Below, piece by piece: positions 18,814-26,399 of a DNA stretch of 29,744 bases. The notes below the pieces were generated by a model. It worked only from the letters and a program-made list of their open reading frames with translations. It searched no databases and was not told the DNA's origin. Each line of letters begins with the position of its first letter. Position 1 is the first letter of the stretch. Origin of the DNA: a candidate division WOR-3 bacterium (GTDB lineage Bacteria > Hydrothermota > Tepidihabitantia > SM23-42 > JAOAFX01); the NCBI GenBank assembly GCA_039802265.1, contig JBDRWI010000025.1, positions 1 through 29,744 of the forward strand, in the 5' to 3' direction. The translations under genes and the position numbers were made by a program.

Positions 18814-20991
18814 CTATTTAATGATTGCAAGTTTATAAATCCCTTTACCTGCGGTAGAATTTACGAATACAAAGTATAATCCATTACTAATATTCTCGGG
18901 AATTTCCCAGAAAATTTCACCAAACTCATTGGGTTGGAGTCCTTTTTCTAAAGCGCGTCCACTTATTGAATAGATATTAACCGTTGCATCCTGAGGTATC
19001 TTTTTAATATTGACCCGCCTGCCGGCTATTGCTGGATTTGGATAGATAACAACACTATCCAGAGAATTGGGACTATCGGCTTCAATTGATAATTTTAATA
19101 AGCCAGTCTCACCGCCCAACCAGAAACAATTTCTCAGAGAGTCAAATTCAAACCCCTGAATCTGAATGACCTCGCTGGAAACCGGTAAGAATTCAATATC
19201 TATGCCCAAGGTATTATATTCCCAACCTTGATGAAACCTATAAATCGGGTCATAGTAATAAATTCCGCTACGGGTCATCATCCAGACCCTTCCTACATTA
19301 TCCATTTCCACATCAAATACCTCACCACTTGAAAAATTTCTTATGCCGGTAAAGCTATTTTTGTCATAGATGCTCAACCCACTCTCATTGGCAATATATA
19401 AAATGTCATTTTTATCCAGCACACATCCCCAGGCATACTTTGAGATAAGACCATCGGATTCACCAAATTTGAAACTCTCGTCATCGCCACGATCATATAT
19501 GGTACCTTTTGTATCTATCAGCAGTAATCCGCCTTCAGCCCCGGTGACTGTACTGTAAACCCGACCCTCGGAATCAATCGCCAGTTCTACCTCAAAACCG
19601 GGTGTCCGCTCACCAATGAAGGTGGGGTGACTGAGCGTAGAATCAATGACCCAGATTTTATCTGATGGTCCAGCCAGAGAAAGGTAGAGGTTGTTGTGCA
19701 AATCAAATTCTATATCCCAGATTGCAACTGTGCTATCCATACCCTTATATCCTTTGCGCAGAAAATAGAGCTCCTTGGTAATAGGATTTAAGGCGAGTGC
19801 CTGAACCGTGTCTAATGGACCGAATGAATTTATACCAAACCAGACCCGACCATCGCGCGATATTGCACAGCGATGGATATGATTTGAAGGAAGGATTGAG
19901 TCCTTGGTATAATTTATCCAGAAGCCATTATCCGTAAGCCAGGCAAAGCCCTTTGACTCAATTGAGCGACGGCCCAGGGCAACAAAAACACCATACTGGT
20001 TTGCACTTATATCACAGATGTGATTTGAACCGAGACAATTATCCTTTTTTGAATTCCAGCGGTGATTTATTGTATCAAAAAAACCGATGCCATCACCAAA
20101 ATAGTCATTACTGTAGCGATTGCCCAGGGCGCAGACAAATACTCCGTTTATGTTTTCCACATCGTTTATCTCGGTTCGGTAAGGTAGATTCTCCTTTATA
20201 ATCTGCAGACTTCCTTGAAATAAGATGCCAAACTGATTTGTAGTATCAAGTGCCAGTAAGAGTGAATCACCAGCCGCGTCGATGTCTTTAACAAAATATC
20301 CTGAGAGAATAGTATCAAAGTGGTCGCCGACGAATTGGTTAATTCCAAATTTTGTTGCGACAAAGATATTTGTATCAAAAACGAAAATTTTATTGATGTA
20401 ATTATCCAAAAGCCCCTGTGCTATTGTGTAATTTGAATAAACCAGAAAATCCTTTGAAAATCGGGTTACGCCGTCTGTGGTTCCGATCCAGAAATCGCTA
20501 TCAGCCCCGATGGTTGTAATGTTATTTGAGATTAGACCGTTTGTATCATATATCTTCTGAATTAAATCATCGCTAAAGTTGTCGCTGGTCCCGCGTGTAT
20601 CAATTAGGAGGAGTCCGCTTTCCGTTCCAACCAGAATAGTATCTTTAAGGCAGAATATTGTATGGACTCTGGAACAGGGTAAACAATTTACCGGATAAAC
20701 ATTAATTCGGTTGAATTCTTTATTTATCTGTGCCAGTCCGAGGTCATTTCCAACCCAGACAAACCCTGCACTATCCAGCGCAATACAATTCTGTCGATTC
20801 TTCTGCAGTCCATCACTATTGGTTAATACCGCAAATTCATCTCTTTTGTAGTTATATCTTACGACCCCTCCATTGGTGGCACCATAGATGAGCGAATCTA
20901 TGCTTGTAATTGCATAGTAATAATTATGATTTGTATAATAGAATGGTTTGAATGAAAAATTGAAGATAAGAATACACAAGAGGGTATTCAT
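18814..20991 (-). CDS. PorZ-like beta-propeller protein with C-terminal T9SS type A sorting domain
   Basis: Repeated propeller blades (WVGNDLGL, WIGTTDGV, GLISNNI); C-terminal VIYPNP...IYSISGR...GLYFV...KLAIIK; ATG at 20991 overlaps the upstream stop (ATGA). Confidence 0.75.
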   Translation of the reverse strand: MNTLLCILIFNFSFKPFYYTNHNYYYAITSIDSLIYGATNGGVVRYNYKRDEFAVLTNSDGLQKNRQNCIALDSAGFVWVGNDLGLAQINKEFNRINVYPVNCLPCSRVHTIFCLKDTILVGTESGLLLIDTRGTSDNFSDDLIQKIYDTNGLISNNITTIGADSDFWIGTTDGVTRFSKDFLVYSNYTIAQGLLDNYINKIFVFDTNIFVATKFGINQFVGDHFDTILSGYFVKDIDAAGDSLLLALDTTNQFGILFQGSLQIIKENLPYRTEINDVENINGVFVCALGNRYSNDYFGDGIGFFDTINHRWNSKKDNCLGSNHICDISANQYGVFVALGRRSIESKGFAWLTDNGFWINYTKDSILPSNHIHRCAISRDGRVWFGINSFGPLDTVQALALNPITKELYFLRKGYKGMDSTVAIWDIEFDLHNNLYLSLAGPSDKIWVIDSTLSHPTFIGERTPGFEVELAIDSEGRVYSTVTGAEGGLLLIDTKGTIYDRGDDESFKFGESDGLISKYAWGCVLDKNDILYIANESGLSIYDKNSFTGIRNFSSGEVFDVEMDNVGRVWMMTRSGIYYYDPIYRFHQGWEYNTLGIDIEFLPVSSEVIQIQGFEFDSLRNCFWLGGETGLLKLSIEADSPNSLDSVVIYPNPAIAGRRVNIKKIPQDATVNIYSISGRALEKGLQPNEFGEIFWEIPENISNGLYFVFVNSTAGKGIYKLAIIK

Positions 20992-21719
20992 ACCCGGAGC
21001 CAGTTTCTCTTTAAGAGCGACATAAATCTCAGTTTCCAGACAAGCCAGAATGCCTCCCAAATGATACGCTTTGACATCTTTGATGTACCAGCCCTTCTTT
21101 CAACAAAGATAATCGGGATTTCTTTCAGCGAAAGCCCGGCGCGATAGACTGCATAGACACTCTGGATTTGAAAACCATAGCCGTCAACCCGAAACTTCTG
21201 CCAGTTAACGGACTCCAGTGCCCTCCGGGAGTAGCATTTGAAGCCACTGGTTAAATCCTTTACGGGAACTCCTGTGACCATCCGGGCAAAGATGCAGGCG
21301 AAATAAGATAATAAGAGCCTCTTCATTGGCCAGTTTACAACACTCACCCCGTTGATGTAGCGGGACCCGATGACCAGATCAAAACGGTCAATGAGCTCTA
21401 TGAAACGGGGCAGGTCATTTGGGTCGTGAGAGAAATCGGCATCCATTTCAAAGACAAAATCATAATTATTTTTTAAGGCATAACCAAAACCCAGAATATA
21501 GGCGGTCCCCAGTCCTAACTTCTTTGGCCTTTTTATCAGATGAATCCTTGGTTCCTCTTTAATACATTCTTCAACAATTTTAGCGGTGTTGTCCGGAGAG
21601 TTGTCATCAATAATGAGAATATCAAGTTGCCTGGATACCGCAAAGATTTTCTGAATGATATTTTTTATATTCTCTGCCTCATTGTAGGTAGGGATGATGA
21701 CCAGACCCTTTTTTTTCAT
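20988..21719 (-). CDS. Polyprenol-monophosphomannose synthase-like GT2 (Dpm1/Ppm1 family)
   Basis: IIPTYNE, DDNSPD, GLGTAY, EMDADFSH, IGSRY, DLTSGF, FVERRAGTSKM. Confidence 0.92.
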   Translation of the reverse strand: MKKKGLVIIPTYNEAENIKNIIQKIFAVSRQLDILIIDDNSPDNTAKIVEECIKEEPRIHLIKRPKKLGLGTAYILGFGYALKNNYDFVFEMDADFSHDPNDLPRFIELIDRFDLVIGSRYINGVSVVNWPMKRLLLSYFACIFARMVTGVPVKDLTSGFKCYSRRALESVNWQKFRVDGYGFQIQSVYAVYRAGLSLKEIPIIFVERRAGTSKMSKRIIWEAFWLVWKLRFMSLLKRNWLRV

Positions 21720-21727
21720 AACATTTT

Positions 21728-21805
21728 ATTATATTTCAAAATTGGATTGTGTCAATAATTTAGCGAGAACCGAGCATTGACTTATTACTTTAAATTATGT
21801 ATAAT
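21728..21805. promoter_or_regulatory. Back-to-back sigma70-type promoters
   Basis: Minus strand: TTGACA (21755-21750), 16 nt, TATAAT (21733-21728). Plus strand: TTGACT (21777-21782), 17 nt, TATAAT (21800-21805). Confidence 0.75.
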
Positions 21806-21810
21806 ATTTT

Positions 21811-23856
21811 ATGATCAAAAAGGTAATTAAAAGAGACGGATCAATCACTGATTTCAACCCCGAAAAAATCTACAAGGCAATTGAGCGCGCACTTGTAGCA
21901 ACCAATGAAGACCCGACACTCGCCAAAAAAATCGGCGATGAGGTAATTGCCCAATTGGAAGCAAAATTTGGAATGCTTAAACCACATATTGAAGATATTC
22001 AGGATATTATTGAACAATGTCTTATTAATAATCATAAATTTAATACCGCCCGGGCATATATAATTTATCGTCAGTTAAGGGCAGAACTGCGTGAGAAAAA
22101 AGAAGTCATGGGCATTAAAGATTCACTCAAACTTTCATTGAACAGTTTAAGGATTCTAAATGAAAGGTATCTATTGCGTGATAATACCGGCAGAATAACG
22201 GAGACACCTCAGGAACTGTTTAGAAGGGTAGCAAAGGCAATTGCCCAGGTGGATTCAAATTATAAAGAAGATGTCAATGCAACCGAAGAGGGCTTTTACA
22301 AAATTATGTCCAATCTTGAATTCTTACCAAATTCACCGACCCTGATGAATGCCGGAACCGAACTCGGACAGTTATCGGCGTGTTTTGTCCTGCCCATTGA
22401 TGATTCGTTGACCAGTATCTTTGAGGCACTGAAAAGCACTGCCCTGATTCATCAGTCAGGTGGAGGGACCGGATTTTCGTTTTCCCGGATAAGGCCTAAT
22501 GGTGACCGTGTAAGGTCCACCATGGGGATTGCCTCGGGTCCAATTTCCTTTATGAAGATATTTGATGGCGCCACCGAGGTGATAAAGCAGGGTGGAAAAA
22601 GGCGCGGGGCAAATATGGGGGTCCTGAGGGTAGACCATCCGGATATCATAGATTTCATCACGGCAAAGGAAAGCGAAGGGATTCTTTCAAATTTTAATAT
22701 TTCAGTGGCAGTTGATGACGACTTTATCTTGCGGGTGATAAACAACCAGAGTTATAATCTTTTAAATCCGCGCACAAAAACTCCGGTTAAAAGCCTCAAT
22801 GCCCGTGATGTATTCGATTTGATTGTCCTCAGCGCCTGGAAGAAAGGTGAACCAGGCATGCTCTTCATTGATGAGATAAACCGGAAAAATCCCACCCCGG
22901 AAATGGGGGTCATTGAAGCAACGAATCCTTGTGGTGAGGTTCCCCTCCTCCCCTATGAATCGTGCAACTTAGGTTCAATCAACTTAAGCCGGATGTTTGT
23001 CAACGGTTCATTCAGTTATGAGAAACTAAAAGAGACTGTACACTGGGCCATCCATTTTTTAGACAATGTGATTGATGCAAATCGTTATCCATTACCAGAA
23101 ATTGAAAAGATGACCAAAGGTAACCGCAAGGTTGGACTGGGGGTAATGGGTTTTGCCGAGTGTCTAATAAAGATGCATATCCCCTATAATTCCAATGAGG
23201 CGATTGATTTTGCCCAAGAACTGGCGAAATTCATCCAGACCGAAGCCAGAAGGGCATCTCAACTGCTCGGTGAGAAGAGGGGTTCCTTCCCCAATATTGA
23301 AAAAAGTATCTATCGGGATTCAAAACCGATGAGGAACGCTACGGTTACCTCAATAGCGCCGACCGGTTCAATAAGCACCATTGCCGATACCTCTTCCGGG
23401 ATAGAGCCACTTTTTTCCGTGGGTTATTTAAGGAATATGCTTGATACTACAGTTCTCGTTATCAATCAACTATTTGCCGAGATTGCCCGCCGGAGAGGAT
23501 TCTATTCACCGGATTTAATTGCCGAGATTGTCCACACTGGCTCACTCCAGCGGATAAAAGCAATCCCCGATGATGTCAAGAGACTATTCCCGATTGCCCA
23601 TGAAATACCGCCGGAGATTCATATAAAGATTCAGGCGGCATTTCAGAGTTATGTTGACAATGGTGTAAGTAAAACAATCAATCTTCCCGAAGATGCGACC
23701 TTAGAGCAGACCCGTGCCGCCTTCTTATTGGCTCATAAATTGAAATGTAAAGGGATTACGGTCTATCGGTATCGGAGTAGAAAAGGTCAGGCACTGGAAT
23801 TCGGCGATATTTACGGTTATAAAAAAGTATGTGGCGGGGGGACCTGTGAGATATAA
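21811..23856 (+). CDS. nrdJ: Class II (adenosylcobalamin-dependent) ribonucleotide reductase with N-terminal ATP cone
   Basis: VIKRDG ATP cone; PNSPTLMNAG, LSACFV, TNPCGEVPL...CNLGS, IAPTGS, KGITVYR; C-terminal CGGGTC cysteine pair; no beta-subunit gene adjacent. Confidence 0.9.
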   Translation: MIKKVIKRDGSITDFNPEKIYKAIERALVATNEDPTLAKKIGDEVIAQLEAKFGMLKPHIEDIQDIIEQCLINNHKFNTARAYIIYRQLRAELREKKEVMGIKDSLKLSLNSLRILNERYLLRDNTGRITETPQELFRRVAKAIAQVDSNYKEDVNATEEGFYKIMSNLEFLPNSPTLMNAGTELGQLSACFVLPIDDSLTSIFEALKSTALIHQSGGGTGFSFSRIRPNGDRVRSTMGIASGPISFMKIFDGATEVIKQGGKRRGANMGVLRVDHPDIIDFITAKESEGILSNFNISVAVDDDFILRVINNQSYNLLNPRTKTPVKSLNARDVFDLIVLSAWKKGEPGMLFIDEINRKNPTPEMGVIEATNPCGEVPLLPYESCNLGSINLSRMFVNGSFSYEKLKETVHWAIHFLDNVIDANRYPLPEIEKMTKGNRKVGLGVMGFAECLIKMHIPYNSNEAIDFAQELAKFIQTEARRASQLLGEKRGSFPNIEKSIYRDSKPMRNATVTSIAPTGSISTIADTSSGIEPLFSVGYLRNMLDTTVLVINQLFAEIARRRGFYSPDLIAEIVHTGSLQRIKAIPDDVKRLFPIAHEIPPEIHIKIQAAFQSYVDNGVSKTINLPEDATLEQTRAAFLLAHKLKCKGITVYRYRSRKGQALEFGDIYGYKKVCGGGTCEI

Positions 23857-23871
23857 AAATTAACCGAAATC

Positions 23872-24789
23872 ATGAGCTGGGTAAAGACAAAGCGGCTCTG
23901 TTCATTTACTAATGTTCCCTATGCCGGCAATCCTGCCTGGGTGATAATTGGTGTTAACCCCAATGAGAGTGCTGAGAAACTTATGAAACTGGCGAGTGAA
24001 TTAAATCCTCTAACTGATACAACCTTTGTCTTTCCTGGCGAAAAAGAGGCGGATATTTCTTTGCGTTTCTTCAGTAAGTCAGCAGAGGTAAAATTTTCGG
24101 GACACGGTACAATTGCTACATATTTTGCCCTTGAAGATGAAAATTTTATAAAATTTAGTGAACCAACAACCCTGATAAGACAGAAGACAAAATCGGGTAT
24201 CCACACCGTAGAATTGCGGGTGACAAATAAGAAAATACAAAGGGCTACAGTCTGGCTACCAAGCCCCCATTTAATCAGTATGGAACTTGAGATTAAGGCA
24301 ATCTCAAGATTCCTGGGTATTTCCCCGGTTGATATTACCGACACCGGTTATCCAATCGGTGTGGTGAGCACAGAACACATTGAGGCGGTGGTGCCTGTAA
24401 AATCCCTGGAACTCCTTTTAGAACTCAAACCCGATTTTCGCCTGATGAGGAATTATTGTGAGCGATATGGGATTACCGGGGTAGTGGTCTTTACAACCGA
24501 GACGAAAAATAAAGAATCAAATGTGCACCTCCGCCATTTTGCACCGGCAGTAGGTATAAACGAAGACCCTATATCCGGTATTGCCTCTGCCGCGGTGGGA
24601 TACTATCTCGTTCAATCAAAGATCTTCACTGGTGAGGAGGTAGTACGTATTGTTGTTGAACAGGGTTTTGCCCTGCGGCGGGCAGGAATAGTCTATGTTC
24701 ATGTTCATACCTATAAAAATGAAATTCTTCGTGTATCATTTGGGGGACAGGCAATAACAACCTTTGAAGGAAAGTTACTTATCCCTTGA
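23872..24789 (+). CDS. PhzF-family epimerase/isomerase
   Basis: GNPAWV, LRFFS...EVKFSGHGT, RHFAPAVGINEDPISG, VEQG, FGGQA. Confidence 0.9.
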   Translation: MSWVKTKRLCSFTNVPYAGNPAWVIIGVNPNESAEKLMKLASELNPLTDTTFVFPGEKEADISLRFFSKSAEVKFSGHGTIATYFALEDENFIKFSEPTTLIRQKTKSGIHTVELRVTNKKIQRATVWLPSPHLISMELEIKAISRFLGISPVDITDTGYPIGVVSTEHIEAVVPVKSLELLLELKPDFRLMRNYCERYGITGVVVFTTETKNKESNVHLRHFAPAVGINEDPISGIASAAVGYYLVQSKIFTGEEVVRIVVEQGFALRRAGIVYVHVHTYKNEILRVSFGGQAITTFEGKLLIP

Positions 24790-24983
24790 TTTCTTGATGT
24801 TCTGATATCCTGCTAATTTGTATTTATATCCTGTTCAACCGCGTATAAAATGGCACTATAATTCTAATTTGACAATTACTTTTTATACCTTTTTCTTGCA
24901 GGAATGATGCTACAATTATCGTGTTAAACCCAGCAATCGGCGCATAACAATTGGGCGAAGGTGTTAAGATATGGAATAACGCT

Positions 24984-25033
24984 CAAAAATCAACATTTTT
25001 GGGCAGGCGGAAAATGTTGATTTTTGTTTTTTA
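24984..25033 (+). terminator. Perfect 16-bp inverted repeat with T-rich tail; probable intrinsic terminator
   Basis: CAAAAATCAACATTTT (24984-24999) / AAAATGTTGATTTTTG (25011-25026), followed by TTTTTT. Confidence 0.65.
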
Positions 25034-25081
25034 TATGCAAAAACTATGCCTGAAATTTTTTGTGAAATGTCACTTTACCCC

Positions 25082-25111
25082 TTGACAAATGCTTTTTTTT
25101 TTTAGTATAAT
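25082..25111 (+). promoter_or_regulatory. Consensus sigma70 promoter with T11 tract in an 18-nt spacer
   Basis: TTGACA (25082-25087), AATGC-T11-AG, TATAAT (25106-25111). Confidence 0.8.
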
Positions 25112-25120
25112 GTATAGTAG

Positions 25121-25260
25121 AAAAAGGCTTAAGATGGCGATAAAAGGTTAAAGAGGGCGAAATGAGAAGGGTGAAGAAGGGAGAATAAGGGTGAATAGGG
25201 GTAAAGAAGGGGAACAGAATAAACCAGATAAACCAGAAAGACGAGAAAGACCAGATGGAA
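25121..25260 (+). repeat. Purine-rich degenerate tandem repeats of ~9-nt period, in three successive blocks
   Basis: AAAAAGGCT/AAGATGGCG/AAGAGGGCG block; AAGAAGGGN block; ACCAGATAA-ACCAGAAAG-ACGAGAAAG-ACCAGATGG block. Confidence 0.7.
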
Positions 25261-25479
25261 TGGTGCAGTATCGTCCGCCTTCGGCGGACTTGCAGGAATT
25301 GCAGTATCGCTTCGCATGCAGGAGCGAAAGGGCAAAGGGGCATTTTTGCCAAAGGCTAATAGCCAATGGTTAATTGCTAAAAAGGAGGATTAAGATGGGT
25401 AAGATTATCTTTTCAGTATCTGTTTTAGGTGTAGTTAATGACAAGCTTTTGATTTGGAAAAAACGAAAGGAGTTAAAAA

Positions 25480-26379
25480 ATGTGTGGGCAAAAGTTTAAA
25501 AGGTTGTTTTTTATTATTCTTTTGCTGGCGTTATGGTTGGACTGTCATAAGCAGAAGATAACAAAAACCTGGGACGATTTATACCCGGTTTGGTCCCCTG
25601 ATGGTAGATACATCGCCTTCTTCCGCAATTTTAATTTTGGAATCGATCCGCCGTATATCGTTGACACTCTATCAGGTATAAGAATACTAAATTGGCCTAC
25701 TCTGGTGGTTCTTGATTCTTTTGTTAAACATATCGCATTTGATTGGATGTCTAATGGAGAAGAACTTCTTTGTGGAGGTTTATCTATCATAAATGTAAAG
25801 ACGAAGTATGTTAAAGAAATAAAGCCAGAAGGAGATTCATGTTTAGGTTATGCCTGGGCAAATCTGTCACCCGATGGGGCACGAATTCTTTATGTTTGCT
25901 GGGCACCGGATTCAAATTGGATATCCATGACTGATACTCTTGGCTCTTATGCTAAAAAATTATTCCATTCAGCCTGGGCGCCGGCTTGGCATCCATCTGG
26001 TAACAGCTTTATTTTTATCAGTAATTCTAATAACCAATACCATGTTTGTGTTGGGGATACTGCTGGGAATATTATAAGAGTTCTCGGGATAGACATTGGT
26101 GCGTGGGGTCTTTACAATGGCTATGTTAGTTTTTCACCCGATGGGTCAAAAATTGTATATTCACGGGTACAACTCCCCAGTGGTGGCCTAAATAATTACG
26201 AAATTCATCTTTGTGATTCACTTGGTGAAAATGATATTAAACTAACATCTGGTTGCCAACCGTATTGGTCACCGGATGGAGATAAGATTGTTTTCGCACG
26301 TTGGAGTGAAGAAGATAGTTTGTTTTCTTTGTGGGTAATAAATACGGATGGCACAAATATAATAAAAATCACGGAATAA
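25480..26379 (+). CDS. TolB-like PD40 beta-propeller, probable lipoprotein
   Basis: PVWSPDGRYIAF, LSPDG, PAWHPSG, FSPDGSKI and PYWSPDGDKIVF repeats; hydrophobic N-terminus ending in Cys; AAGGAG SD. Confidence 0.85.
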   Translation: MCGQKFKRLFFIILLLALWLDCHKQKITKTWDDLYPVWSPDGRYIAFFRNFNFGIDPPYIVDTLSGIRILNWPTLVVLDSFVKHIAFDWMSNGEELLCGGLSIINVKTKYVKEIKPEGDSCLGYAWANLSPDGARILYVCWAPDSNWISMTDTLGSYAKKLFHSAWAPAWHPSGNSFIFISNSNNQYHVCVGDTAGNIIRVLGIDIGAWGLYNGYVSFSPDGSKIVYSRVQLPSGGLNNYEIHLCDSLGENDIKLTSGCQPYWSPDGDKIVFARWSEEDSLFSLWVINTDGTNIIKITE

Positions 26380-26399
26380 AATAAAAATTGGGAGGAACT

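Noticed and set aside
21720..21810. NrdR box or cobalamin riboswitch before nrdJ
   Set aside because: No convincing palindrome, and the promoter abuts the ATG, leaving no leader.
25121..25323. CRISPR array
   Set aside because: Repeats are short, degenerate and lack regular unique spacers; no cas genes.
25044..25373. Four overlapping short ORFs on both strands
   Set aside because: By-products of stop-poor 9-mer repeats; low-complexity translations.
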